DNA of 30,130 bases from IMG/VR virus record IMGVR_UViG_3300043185_000109, positions 1-30,130 of that record; one strand, given 5' to 3'. This DNA comes from a virus (lineage: Duplodnaviria; Caudoviricetes). A model generated the notes under the pieces. That model had not been told where the DNA came from, did not search any database, and was given only the letters and a program-made list of their open reading frames with translations. Within the stretch, counting starts at the first letter, position 1, and each line of letters opens with the position of its first letter. Positions 7,968-17,510 of this stretch are shown here, piece by piece. The position numbers and the translations under genes were made by a program.

Positions 7968-8734
7968 CAGACCAATTCCTTCATACGAGGATTCACTTCA
8001 TATCTCACGGTTCCGGCGTTGCCGTGCTCCACGCGCATGGAAACCGAGTCGATGAATCGTGAGAGCCAGATTTTCTCGAATGTACCCCCCGCGTCGTCAT
8101 ACCACAACACAGGCGTATGACGGCGCGCAATGCCAAAATTCCAGAACGGCGTCATTTCACTCGCCTGGTAGAGCTGACGCCATTCATGCTGCACAGAGAG
8201 CGGGCCCGAGGGGGCCATATCACTGCCGCTTTCTGTTTGCGGATCGAGCAGCGTCAATCCCATGCCCGGCGTCGCCACACGGACAAGCGTAGTCAAAGCC
8301 GACGAGAGCAGAAGGACGGCGCCGAGCTTGAAATAGCTCTCTCCTCCGGTCGGCGTCTGCGTAGGAATCCGAACTCTCAAATACCGATTGGTCCAACTTA
8401 CGTTGACCAGGCGATTGTAGTACCCGCCCGGCAAGCGGCGTGTAATCGTGAAGGGACTGCCCGTCACGTCGGTATACGGGTCTACATTATCAGCATCGTG
8501 CGCGAGTTGTACCGAGGTAAAGTTGGCTCCGAGGAGCGCAACAGCAGCGACACTTTTACTAGACCCGAGGTCAACGACGATATCCGTCTGTGTCGTCACC
8601 GTGCTCCGCCAATGCCGCGTGACGGGATGCGCCACGATCGAGGCAAGGTAATCATCTTCATAGCCTGCCGTTTCAGATGTAGCCGTCACGGAGGCGGGAA
8701 GGTAAAACCCGGTCGCATAGTGTTTGGGGATCAT
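7967..8734 (-). CDS. Distal tail-like protein with a discoidin/CBM-like N-terminal part
   Basis: Immediately after the tape measure (ATGA overlap); WRS...IVVDLG...VALLGANF...RYLRVRI pattern. Confidence 0.65.
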   Translation of the reverse strand: MIPKHYATGFYLPASVTATSETAGYEDDYLASIVAHPVTRHWRSTVTTQTDIVVDLGSSKSVAAVALLGANFTSVQLAHDADNVDPYTDVTGSPFTITRRLPGGYYNRLVNVSWTNRYLRVRIPTQTPTGGESYFKLGAVLLLSSALTTLVRVATPGMGLTLLDPQTESGSDMAPSGPLSVQHEWRQLYQASEMTPFWNFGIARRHTPVLWYDDAGGTFEKIWLSRFIDSVSMRVEHGNAGTVRYEVNPRMKELV

Positions 8735-11700
8735 GCGCTCCGTCTCCTCATATCGTTGCGAATCGCAAGACCGAGACCGCCCGTCTGATACTCGCGCATC
8801 ATCGCAAGACTGAGCGCCCGTCCGAGCCGCGTCCCGTCTTGTTCCGGATCATGTGTCCCCTGGACGGTCACGGAGATGACGGGGGCAAAGGTCACACTTC
8901 CACCACCATTCTGACCTGAAGGGCCGATGCTCACGGCTTCATTCCGGTGGGCAAGAATGAGCTGATTGCTCGGCAGGCGCGGGGAGTAAAACCCTCCTGC
9001 CGCCGAAGCAATCGTGGTCAGGAAAGACGACAGCACCTCTTGCATTGCCTGTGTATTCGCATTGATGTCAACAAGTTGATTGAGTTGTTCCGTCTGCAAA
9101 TCGGCTTGCTGAATAAGACGGGCCGCCTGCTCGCGCAAGAGGGCGTCGCGCGCCGCGGCCAACTCCTCAAGTCGGGCCACGATGACCACACGATATGCGT
9201 CAATCGCGGCTTTCGTCTCCGCCTGCGCTGCCGTGATTTGCGCCGCCCCGGCCCGTTGCACCGCCGCGATCGCATTGTTTTCACTCGTCGCCAAGGCCTG
9301 GAGGTGCTGCTGTTGCGCCTGTTGAATCTGCTCGATATGACGTTGAATATCTTCCGCACGCCGACCCTGCTCGGTTGCCGTGTCTCTTACGTATTGGAGT
9401 TCGTCCGTCACGTCGGCAAACAGACGACTGAAGGTGGTTGGGTCCAAAAATTCTTGGCCCACCTGTAACTGACTTGCAAGATTTTGACTGAGTTGCTGAA
9501 TGGCATCCGCCGTGTTGACCCCACGCAATTCCGTCGCCTGCCGCTGGAGGAAGGCGAGCTTTTCGGGACCAAACAACGGGGAGTTGCTCAATGTCAACGA
9601 GTTAATCGTCTGCTGAACGGACTCGGATACCTGCCGAAATTGTTGTGCGGTCTGGAGGAGCGCCTGTAATCCGGCAATCTGTTCTTGAGACGCCTGTTGC
9701 GAAGCGGCCCGGCGCGCCGCGTATTCTTGTCGAATGCCGTCGAGAGCGGTTTGCGTGCTCTCGTTGATCAACCGAATCCGCTCTTGCAATCCGGCGTTGA
9801 GCTCCTGTTCCGCCGCATGAAATCGGGCGACCGCAAAGTCGGCCATCTGCGCGACGGCATCAAGCGCGGGTTGAATCTCTTCCTCCGTGAAGTTAAAGAA
9901 CGGACGCGCGCCGATCGGCCCACGGGCATTGAGCACCCGATTCACGGTCGGAATGAGCGGCGTCTCTTGGACGGCAATCACTTGTGTCGGCGTGAGCGCG
10001 CCGATGGAGCCAAGCTGCCGGGCAAGATCCACTTGCACCTGGACTCGTCTGTTTGCCAATTCATCAAGCTGGCGGTTGAGTGCCGCGATATCCGTCGAGG
10101 CATCGACCGCCGCATCTCCCGTCTCGTGTAGTGCGGTCACGAGTGCATCGGCTTCCACACGCGCCGCACGCACACGGTCGCGGAGGAGCGCTATTTCTTC
10201 CGTGCCGAACCCGTCACTGAGATCGATGCCCTCAAATAACTTGTTGTCGATGAAGTCTTTTAGAAAAGCGCCCAGGGCCAGCTCATCGAGTCGCCGTTTA
10301 AGTCCCTTGGCAAAGATGTCCGCCGCCTCTTCTCCCGATTGACTATCCTGGATTGCGGCCACGGCAGATTGGCCGATGGCGTCAAATATCCCGGTTGCCT
10401 CTTCCACGCGGCGTTGGAATTCCGTCAAGGAAAAGATGCCGTCATCCGTGAAGGACTTCATCGCGATGCCTGCCGTATTGATCGCTTTGGGCAAGGCATC
10501 GTCGAAGATATCCACGGCGCCCAAAATGGCTTCTTTGTAGAATTCCGCGCCAATCAGATTATCTTGAAAGACCGTATTGAGCTTGGCCGTGAGTGATTCG
10601 AGCGTCAGGTTCGCCTGCTGCACGATTTCACTGATGGCGTCAGGTATGGCGTCTATCCCGAGATTGGCGACCAGGAGGTTACCGAAGGTCGTCCCCGTCT
10701 GCTCAACGGGTTTGCCGAGACTCTTTGCCTGATCCGCCGTAATGAAGGTGCCGAGCGCCTTGAGTTGATTGGCGAGTGCCGGTTCTGCTTTTGTTTCCAG
10801 AATTTCCTTGCTGGCTGCAAGGAAGTCGCCGCCGAACAGCTGTTCTGCCAGTGTCTTTGTTTCCTTGAAAAAGTACTTTTTCGAGGAGAGTTCATTGGCG
10901 AAGGAGACGCCGATCTCATCGAGCCAGTTGATGACGCCTTTTCGGATTTGCGTCCCCTTCGTCGGGATATGGGCGAAAAGATCGCCCAGGACGCTACCTA
11001 AGAGTACGCCAAGTATCGCTCCCACGCCAGGCAGAATAAAATTGAGTGCTTGTAACCCCAAGCCAAGGGCAGCGCCTATCGCTGCCCCAGCGCCACTCCC
11101 CGCCAGCACTCCACCGCCTATCCCTCCAACGATCCCGCCGATTTGCCCACCAGTCGAACCCTCTCGGGATTGCCCGATACCAATCAAGTTCGCCAGACCG
11201 CGCCCAGCGAAATTGCCGACAATGCCGCCGAGGGCTCCAACAGCGAAGCCGCCGCCTCCACCGGCTGGCGTCAATCCTGTACTCGCGCCGGACCCGTTGC
11301 CCAACGCCTCCCATCCGCTTTTCCAAACGACAGAGGCGGCATCAAATGCCGCCGTGCCAAACTCAAGGCCAGCGCTGGAACCGGCACTACTCCACAGATC
11401 AAGCCCGATCGCGGAGAGCAGCGATTTCCCACCGCGAGCGACCGTATCAAAAATGTTACTGATTAAGTTATTGCCAAGATTCAGCCCTTCTTGTCCAAAA
11501 ATCCCCGCCGCATCTATGCCGAGTAATTGATTGAAGTTGACAAGTATATCTTTTTCTTTTCCCCTTTTGCCGAAAAGAATCCCTTCAATCATCGAGACGC
11601 CAATGGCTTGTCCTTGTTTTTTGACGAGGTCCTTGAGGCTTAATGTCCCTTGCGCGAGACCGCGAATACTCTCACGGAAAATATCGGTGATGTTGACGCC

Positions 11701-13908
11701 CGAGTTTTTCAGGCTATCAAGCGCCTCTCGCTCCGTCTCCAACGCCGCAGCGCTATCCACGGCGGCAACGGCAAGTTCGTGCACACTCTCCGCCGCCACC
11801 TTTCCCGTCAGCTCGATTTCCTTTTGACGGATGGCTACGTCACGCAGTACGTCATCATAGTTCCGTCCGGAAGTAACGCCCTGATGGATGATGCGGGCAA
11901 GTTCGGTGTTATTGGTCGCCGTGTTCTTCGTCTGAATCGCCAGCGCCGCCATGGCGGTGGCTTCGTCCGCACGGACTTTCACGAGTTCCGCATCAAGACG
12001 CGCTCTGAGCGCCTCCGCTTTGCCCAAATCCTCCGCCGCCGTTTTCTGTTTGAGAAACGCTTCCGCGATGGCGCGCGACCCGACCGTCACGGCCAGTTGC
12101 TGAACGGCGAGTTCTTGTTCCGCCTCTTCGAGTGAGAGTGTCCCCTTGATGACCAAGCCATAAACGGAAGACTGCGCTTCCAGCACGGTGCGGTGCTTGA
12201 TGATTTCCTCAGTGTGTTGTTTGACTTTTTCCGCCGCCCTGTGGGAAGCACGTTCTGCCTCTTTGTCCGCCTCGGCCTTGTCTTTCAGTGGCCTGAGAAT
12301 GTCCTCAATTGTTTTTTTAAGTGCGGCATTCTGTGCTGCCGCCTCTGCATCGTTGCTTTTAAGAGCGTCGACCGCCTCCGCCGCTTTCCGTTGTGCTTCT
12401 TCGTAGCTCAGTCCTTGCCCGGCGGCTTCACGAAGCACGTTTGCACGAAGCACGAGTTCTGCCGAATTCCCCCGTAAGGACTGACGGAATTGCTCGTGTG
12501 CCTTCGTTTGGTCATCGGTTGCATCCTTGGTCTTATTCGATGACGTGACATACTGTGCAAGCACGCTCTGTTGAAGCCCCCACTCGACTTCCAGCTCTCG
12601 GAGCTTCGTCTTCATGTCCGCAAGATGCCGATTGGCTGGCACGAAATTCTGATTGAGTGATTCCATCGTGCGCTGGAAGCTTGCCCAATTCGATCTATCG
12701 TTAAGATTAACCTGAAGGTCCTCGATGTTCTTCTTCAGATTCGCAATAGCTGAGTCAAGATCGCCGGCAAGCGTATTGCGGATTTCCGTCAGGAAATTAA
12801 GCACTCCTTGCATGGCGTTCCGGAGCGCATCGAAGACTGGCGCCGCAGCCAGCCCCAGAATCTGACTGGAGACATCGGCAATCGAAGAAGATAAACCGGA
12901 AAAACTTTGCTCCGTCGCCGTTCCGGCTGCCGCAAAGGCTTCCGTTTTTTCGACGATAAACTCAAAGAGCTGTCCGTGTGCACGCGCCGCTTTCACTTGT
13001 TCGGTGGTGATGCCGAGCGCGTACGCCAAACGGGCATTGATATCAATCGAGCCTTCCGCAATCGCCCGCACCTCTTGCGCCACCTGGTGCATGGGCACAC
13101 CAAGGGCGGAGGCAGCCTGCACAATAAGGAGCGTCGCTTGTCGAGCCCTATCCAGGGAGAGACCGGCGGCGGTGAGTGGACCGGCTGCCTGTTGAAAGGC
13201 GTCAACTAATTGTTCCGTGGTCGCCGTGGTTTTGAGCGCGTCCTGCTGAATTTGTTTCATCAAGCCGGAGGCCAGTTGTTGCGCAACGTTAAACTTCTCT
13301 ACTCCTTCAAGTGTTTTTCCTTGCGCGGTGGCGATGTTCTGCGTGGCGGCAATGATGGAGCCGATGCCGATGCGCTGCTGTTCCAGCGTGGCATTGTACC
13401 GAATTCCTTCGGTCACCAGCGCCCTGACGTGACTCACGGCGGCGGCAAAGAGACCGGCGAGGGAAAAGCCCGCCGCGATCTGAATGATGTTGAGGAGACT
13501 CGCCGAGACGTGACCGTGCGCCGCCGTCTGCGCCTGCGCCGCACGAGTCACCTGTGCGTATTGCTGCTGGAGTCCGGCCAGCTGTTGCGCGAGTTCCCGG
13601 CTGCCGGTACGAGCGAAGATTTCGGCTTCCGCCATCTGGCGCGTCGCGTGCGCCGCCGACAGGGCGCCGGTCGCCACACGTTGCTGAATGGCGATCTTCT
13701 GCTGAAGGGTATTGATTTCTTGCGTGGCGGCGACTTGCGCTTGCTGTTGCGTCTGCGCAAGACGGACGATAGAGGCAATGGTCTGAGAAACGGCGCCGGT
13801 TTCCCGTGTGGCGGCGGCGCTGATGGCATCCAGCGCTTTTGCCACCTCCTCGGCGCTGCGACGAGCGGCGCCGCCGTCGATGACGATGCCGAGACGCGCC
13901 TCCGCCAT
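8731..13908 (-). CDS. Tail tape measure protein (1725 aa)
   Basis: Longest ORF, after the tail chaperones; Ala/Gln/Leu-rich helical, coiled-coil stretches, Gly-rich hydrophobic segments. Confidence 0.92.
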   Translation of the reverse strand: MAEARLGIVIDGGAARRSAEEVAKALDAISAAATRETGAVSQTIASIVRLAQTQQQAQVAATQEINTLQQKIAIQQRVATGALSAAHATRQMAEAEIFARTGSRELAQQLAGLQQQYAQVTRAAQAQTAAHGHVSASLLNIIQIAAGFSLAGLFAAAVSHVRALVTEGIRYNATLEQQRIGIGSIIAATQNIATAQGKTLEGVEKFNVAQQLASGLMKQIQQDALKTTATTEQLVDAFQQAAGPLTAAGLSLDRARQATLLIVQAASALGVPMHQVAQEVRAIAEGSIDINARLAYALGITTEQVKAARAHGQLFEFIVEKTEAFAAAGTATEQSFSGLSSSIADVSSQILGLAAAPVFDALRNAMQGVLNFLTEIRNTLAGDLDSAIANLKKNIEDLQVNLNDRSNWASFQRTMESLNQNFVPANRHLADMKTKLRELEVEWGLQQSVLAQYVTSSNKTKDATDDQTKAHEQFRQSLRGNSAELVLRANVLREAAGQGLSYEEAQRKAAEAVDALKSNDAEAAAQNAALKKTIEDILRPLKDKAEADKEAERASHRAAEKVKQHTEEIIKHRTVLEAQSSVYGLVIKGTLSLEEAEQELAVQQLAVTVGSRAIAEAFLKQKTAAEDLGKAEALRARLDAELVKVRADEATAMAALAIQTKNTATNNTELARIIHQGVTSGRNYDDVLRDVAIRQKEIELTGKVAAESVHELAVAAVDSAAALETEREALDSLKNSGVNITDIFRESIRGLAQGTLSLKDLVKKQGQAIGVSMIEGILFGKRGKEKDILVNFNQLLGIDAAGIFGQEGLNLGNNLISNIFDTVARGGKSLLSAIGLDLWSSAGSSAGLEFGTAAFDAASVVWKSGWEALGNGSGASTGLTPAGGGGGFAVGALGGIVGNFAGRGLANLIGIGQSREGSTGGQIGGIVGGIGGGVLAGSGAGAAIGAALGLGLQALNFILPGVGAILGVLLGSVLGDLFAHIPTKGTQIRKGVINWLDEIGVSFANELSSKKYFFKETKTLAEQLFGGDFLAASKEILETKAEPALANQLKALGTFITADQAKSLGKPVEQTGTTFGNLLVANLGIDAIPDAISEIVQQANLTLESLTAKLNTVFQDNLIGAEFYKEAILGAVDIFDDALPKAINTAGIAMKSFTDDGIFSLTEFQRRVEEATGIFDAIGQSAVAAIQDSQSGEEAADIFAKGLKRRLDELALGAFLKDFIDNKLFEGIDLSDGFGTEEIALLRDRVRAARVEADALVTALHETGDAAVDASTDIAALNRQLDELANRRVQVQVDLARQLGSIGALTPTQVIAVQETPLIPTVNRVLNARGPIGARPFFNFTEEEIQPALDAVAQMADFAVARFHAAEQELNAGLQERIRLINESTQTALDGIRQEYAARRAASQQASQEQIAGLQALLQTAQQFRQVSESVQQTINSLTLSNSPLFGPEKLAFLQRQATELRGVNTADAIQQLSQNLASQLQVGQEFLDPTTFSRLFADVTDELQYVRDTATEQGRRAEDIQRHIEQIQQAQQQHLQALATSENNAIAAVQRAGAAQITAAQAETKAAIDAYRVVIVARLEELAAARDALLREQAARLIQQADLQTEQLNQLVDINANTQAMQEVLSSFLTTIASAAGGFYSPRLPSNQLILAHRNEAVSIGPSGQNGGGSVTFAPVISVTVQGTHDPEQDGTRLGRALSLAMMREYQTGGLGLAIRNDMRRRSA

Positions 13909-14243
13909 TAGCCTGCATCCTCTTCATCGTCCGGCATGAGACGAGCCTCGATGCGCGCCCATTCTTTCTTCTGTCGTTGCTCGGCAGTCAAGAGGAACGG
14001 GAACACGTCATCGGCAGACACCGCGTGTCCATCTTGACCACCGTTGACGTTGCGCAGCGCGGCAATAATCTCCCCCGTATGCCAATACTGCTCCTGTTGG
14101 CGTTGCTGATAGCCGCGATAGGCGGCGAGAAATTCGGGGAGACTCATGGACCAGAACTCCTGCGGCGTATAACCAAGATGCCCCGTGCCGATCTCTTGAT
14201 AGTCCGCCCACGGGATTATGAATGGGTCACCGGCAACAAAGGG
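13908..14243 (-). CDS. Tail assembly chaperone C-terminal extension (gpGT-like), reached by -1 frameshift
   Basis: The -1 frame after C-CCT-TTG reads VAGDPFIIPWADYQEIGTGHLGYTPQEFWSMSLPEFLAAY..., with the LGxxPxEFWxM motif lying upstream of the ATG at 14147. Confidence 0.8.
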   Translation of the reverse strand, partial: PFVAGDPFIIPWADYQEIGTGHLGYTPQEFWSMSLPEFLAAYRGYQQRQQEQYWHTGEIIAALRNVNGGQDGHAVSADDVFPFLLTAEQRQKKEWARIEARLMPDDEEDAG

Positions 14244-14611
14244 TCAGGGATTTGCGCCTCCGCGTGTGTCTCGTCGTTTTTCTTTTCCTTGTCTTCCTCG
14301 GCGCTGAGACCAAGACCAAGCGAGAGAAGCGAAATCGCCACGCCGGACAATTCCGTAAAGGGAAGATCGTCCAGCGTTTTCGTCGCCTTCATAATGGTCA
14401 TGTTACTGCCCGTCATGAGACCGCGCCGAAGAATGAGCAGCGCTTCACGAAGGCCGATCCCGACCTCTTGCAAATTCGCCAGGAATCGAAGCGCACGTTG
14501 CCCAAGTTCGTCTTTTCCTTCCAGCCCTACGATGTCGTTTTGCGACAGTCGTAGGGTGTACGTTTTTCCGTCGATCTCGAACGGCAGCTCCGCTCGATAT
14601 TTGTTCGCCAT
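14216..14611 (-). CDS. Tail assembly chaperone (gpG-like)
   Basis: Between tail tube and tape measure; FEIDGKTYTLRL start; acidic tail ending in DPL; AAGGAGG SD. Confidence 0.85.
   Translation of the reverse strand: MANKYRAELPFEIDGKTYTLRLSQNDIVGLEGKDELGQRALRFLANLQEVGIGLREALLILRRGLMTGSNMTIMKATKTLDDLPFTELSGVAISLLSLGLGLSAEEDKEKKNDETHAEAQIPDPLLPVTHS
14237..14243 (-). promoter_or_regulatory. -1 programmed frameshift slippery heptamer CCCTTTG
   Basis: In-frame X XXY YYZ (GAC CCT TTG); the -1 frame has TGA immediately before it and is open to 13908 after it. Confidence 0.8.
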
Positions 14612-14661
14612 ACGTCATCCTCCTTCCCGAGAGGATCACCCGAGTCGTCTCTGTTACTGGA

Positions 14662-15087
14662 TTAAGGGACCCAGGTGACATCGCCCGAGAGCTTAATGGT
14701 CATGGGCATTTTAATAGCCTCGTTATTGGTGAACGGGCCCCAGGCATGGCGCTTGACGAATCCCTGGAACGTGCCGGTGCGAATTAAGGAACCGGCCCGA
14801 TAGACCTCGACTTTCCAGTAGCGCACGGTGCCGTTGCGTCGATCGGTGTCCATCTGCTGGTGTACCGCATTGAGCGGGTCCGCTAGAAATCCAAAGACGA
14901 TTTCTGCCGAGTCCGCCAATCCGGCCAGATACTCACGCGCCGTGCTCTCCAGGTCGGTGACCTCAACCTGTGGATTCTCGTTGCCGATCTCGCCGATCGA
15001 CTCGCATTGAGGCACCTGGAGAAAACTTGTTGGTCCCGTCGTATCGCCATAATACAGCTTTGCGCCGCGTCCGACTTGTTTTGCCAT
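14662..15087 (-). CDS. Major tail (tube) protein
   Basis: 141 aa; VEVTDLES..REYLAGLAD and FQGFV motifs of siphovirus tube proteins; AAGGAG SD; no sheath gene nearby. Confidence 0.88.
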   Translation of the reverse strand: MAKQVGRGAKLYYGDTTGPTSFLQVPQCESIGEIGNENPQVEVTDLESTAREYLAGLADSAEIVFGFLADPLNAVHQQMDTDRRNGTVRYWKVEVYRAGSLIRTGTFQGFVKRHAWGPFTNNEAIKMPMTIKLSGDVTWVP

Positions 15088-15149
15088 GTCAACAACTCCT
15101 TCTCATGTTGCGTCCATGGCGTTCCCGAGCACGCCGAGTCCCGATAATT

Positions 15150-15213
15150 CTTGCGCGGGCGAGGCGGCTCGGGTATTCCGCCGTTTCGGGTCGCGTACCC
15201 TAGCCTGCGCAAG
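15150..15213 (-). ncRNA. Putative structured RNA element upstream of the tail tube gene
   Basis: Nested stems CTTGCGC/GCGCAAG, GGCT/AGCC, GGGTA/TACCC and apical CCG-AAA-CGG in a 132-nt intergenic gap. Confidence 0.4.
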
Positions 15214-15219
15214 TGACTG

Positions 15220-15720
15220 CTAGCTCAATCCGCCGATCACCACGATGTCGTACACCGAAGAGGCCGCGCCGGCCAGAATGTTGACGACGAGATCCGTACT
15301 TCCTCCCGTTATCGTGACACCGGCGGCGCTCGGGTCCAGCCAGAAAAAAGCGCCGCCCGGCTTCAACACCAGCGCATCACCGGCGGCGGAGAAGAGGGCG
15401 GCGCCGAGTGAAGCGGGACGGGACACCGTGAGGTTGACCGTGTTGGCGCTGGAGGCGTATATCCATAACCCCTTTACACGGGCAAGAGTCAACGTGCCGG
15501 AGATATGACTCGTCAGGGAGCCGGCGAGGTCAATATCTTCGTTCGCGCCGGACCCGAGCGTACGCTGATCGGACCATATCATGTCGGCCTGATTCAGCCC
15601 AACGCCGGACGCCAGCATAAACCCTTTGTTATACGTGAGGGGAAACGTGGTGGTCCCGAAATCGGCGGGGTTGGTGAGCGAAGCAATGATACTGAAATTA
15701 ATCTGCGTCGTAAGAGCCAT
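15220..15720 (-). CDS. Hypothetical virion structural protein (166 aa, beta-rich)
   Basis: Between tail terminator and tail tube; GGAGGG SD; S/T/G/A-rich. Confidence 0.75.
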   Translation of the reverse strand: MALTTQINFSIIASLTNPADFGTTTFPLTYNKGFMLASGVGLNQADMIWSDQRTLGSGANEDIDLAGSLTSHISGTLTLARVKGLWIYASSANTVNLTVSRPASLGAALFSAAGDALVLKPGGAFFWLDPSAAGVTITGGSTDLVVNILAGAASSVYDIVVIGGLS

Positions 15721-15725
15721 AAAGT

Positions 15726-16130
15726 TTATCCCTCCTCCCGCTCGAACGGGACGGTCACGTTACGTTGCGCCCATCCGTTGGTGATCGACAGCGCGCTCAA
15801 GGATGGGGAAAAAAAATGAATCTGCTCAGTGCCTGAAATACTCAGTTCGTTGTTAAAGCCGGTAAATAACGACTTCACCTGATCGGCGAGCGTCCGTATG
15901 TTGACCTCTCCGTTGTTTTCCTTATCGAAGATTTGTACGATGACGACGCCGCGATGAGAAAGCATGGTGTCATCCAACGTGACGGCGCGGCTCTCGCCGT
16001 TTTGTATATAGACCCCGATGAAGGCGCTCGCCGGTTGTTGAAACGCCTTGTTCGGCCATCGAATCGGCGTCGCCGACCAGGCTAAAAACTTGTTTTCAAT
16101 AGCCGTTCTTTCCTCGACGAAGCCCATCAT
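15726..16130 (-). CDS. Tail terminator-like protein
   Basis: IRWPN..F..P, GVVIVQIF...GE, LADQV..LF, GW.Q.NVTVPF pattern; canonical position. Confidence 0.75.
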   Translation of the reverse strand: MMGFVEERTAIENKFLAWSATPIRWPNKAFQQPASAFIGVYIQNGESRAVTLDDTMLSHRGVVIVQIFDKENNGEVNIRTLADQVKSLFTGFNNELSISGTEQIHFFSPSLSALSITNGWAQRNVTVPFEREEG

Positions 16131-16576
16131 CCTATCCCGTGGTCTTTCGCGGCGCGCGTCAGGAGACCGCCAATCTCCGCCTCGACTTCCGCCACTACGC
16201 TTTCGATAAATCCAGCAGGAGCCTGCTGACTATGCCCTTCGTTCAGGGGGATGATGTACGGCAGGTGGTTGTAGATCCACACCTGTCGATAGGGATTGGC
16301 GTCCAGGTCGGCAAGTTTTGCCTGCTGATTTTTTATGGCTGCTCCCGCTGCCTCCTGACCCCCGGAAAACGATGCCGGTTGCTCGAAGGTTCCCGGCTGG
16401 TCGAAGTCGATGCCGTAAGACCCCGCCGCCCGTCCGGTATCGACCGGCGTCATGACCGCCAGTCCGTCGCTCACCTGAATGACGGCGCGACGGATCGCCT
16501 GTCCCATCGTGAGGTCGAGCGCCTTGGAAAATTTGTCAAGATCGGCCTTGAATTTGATGAGTTGTTGGTCTGCCAT
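16127..16576 (-). CDS. Neck / tail completion protein (HK97 gp10-like)
   Basis: TPVDTGRA and N.LPYI..LNEGHSQQAPAGF motifs; GAGGAG SD before ATG 16576. Confidence 0.8.
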   Translation of the reverse strand: MADQQLIKFKADLDKFSKALDLTMGQAIRRAVIQVSDGLAVMTPVDTGRAAGSYGIDFDQPGTFEQPASFSGGQEAAGAAIKNQQAKLADLDANPYRQVWIYNHLPYIIPLNEGHSQQAPAGFIESVVAEVEAEIGGLLTRAAKDHGIG

Positions 16577-16578
16577 GT

Positions 16579-16923
16579 TTATCTCCTCACATGCAGGAGG
16601 TAGGCGGCGCCTGCCGGGTCCGTCGTCACACGGGTGACGGTCCAAATCTCTGATCCAACAGTGAGCGTGTCGTTCTCTGCCGGGACGATGACGCCGAGGG
16701 CAAGACTGGCGATGAGATACTGCCGGTCTTGAAGTTTCACGTTGACCCCGTCCACTTTTGCGATGTCGAACTCTATGCGTATGGCCGAGACGGTCACGTT
16801 CGTCGTCCCCGTCATCTGCCCAGCCGTGTAGGTCTGACTGCCATACGTGACGACATCGGGCACGTTGCCTGTGGCTTGCACGGCGGTGTACGCCGCCTTC
16901 TGTACGGCTTCACGGAGTCCCAT
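16579..16923 (-). CDS. Head closure / head-tail joining protein
   Basis: 114 aa; VDG..V...D, P...D.L, DPAGA.Y.LHVR pattern; position after the adaptor. Confidence 0.7.
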   Translation of the reverse strand: MGLREAVQKAAYTAVQATGNVPDVVTYGSQTYTAGQMTGTTNVTVSAIRIEFDIAKVDGVNVKLQDRQYLIASLALGVIVPAENDTLTVGSEIWTVTRVTTDPAGAAYLLHVRR

Positions 16924-16926
16924 AGA

Positions 16927-16989
16927 TCACCAGGCATGGCATCCGACCGACACCGCCGTGACTCCCGACAACAGGACAACGCATCGCAT
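16927..16989 (-). CDS. Candidate 20-aa hydrophobic micro-ORF MRCVVLLSGVTAVSVGCHAW
   Basis: ATG overlaps the upstream stop (TGATG); stop lies 3 nt before the next ATG. Confidence 0.35.
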   Translation of the reverse strand: MRCVVLLSGVTAVSVGCHAW

Positions 16990-17507
16990 CACACCCTCAC
17001 TAAGGTCGCTATCGACGGACGGGGACCATACGTGATGCGCCCATACGGTTTCAGCAGAGCTATGACCACCTCGTGCAGCACGCTCTTACGACTGCCTTGA
17101 TCTTTCACGAGCGAAATCGGCCCCACCGAAAGCGAGGAAAACTCGAGGAGGTCCGGCTCCGCCGTGCGATCGGATTCCTGTAGGCGACGCCCCTGTTCGG
17201 CAGTCGCCTGTTTGAGCCAGAGCGGGATAACCGTACTGTCGATGGCATATCCGTCCCGATCGACCACGCCCACACGCGGCCAGCGCAAGGCTTGTGCTTC
17301 CGTGGCTTTCGATCCATCCCAGTCGAGATAGACATCAATCAGCAGGGTTGCTTCCACGAGCGCCACCGTTTTCTCCGTCAGCGTCAGAGCTGTCCAGGCA
17401 GACACATGCGAACGTCCCTCGTGATAGCTCTCCGCCTCCGCAAGGGAGGCGTAGCTATTGGCGTTCGACAATCCGGCGCCGGTTTCGAGGATGAGTTGTA
17501 GCGCCAT
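16989..17507 (-). CDS. Head-tail adaptor (DnaT-like family)
   Basis: ETGAGLSNANSYASLAEA..Y, QALRWPR, IP..LKQA..E, LLKPY motifs typical of this connector family. Confidence 0.8.
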   Translation of the reverse strand: MALQLILETGAGLSNANSYASLAEAESYHEGRSHVSAWTALTLTEKTVALVEATLLIDVYLDWDGSKATEAQALRWPRVGVVDRDGYAIDSTVIPLWLKQATAEQGRRLQESDRTAEPDLLEFSSLSVGPISLVKDQGSRKSVLHEVVIALLKPYGRITYGPRPSIATLVRV

Positions 17508-17510
17508 AGG

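Noticed and set aside
14275-14290. A-rich AAG AAA AAC as the chaperone slippery site
   Set aside because: Its -1 frame hits TGA before reaching the downstream ORF.
15150-15213. tRNA or named riboswitch
   Set aside because: No cloverleaf, T-loop consensus or aptamer core that I could recognise.
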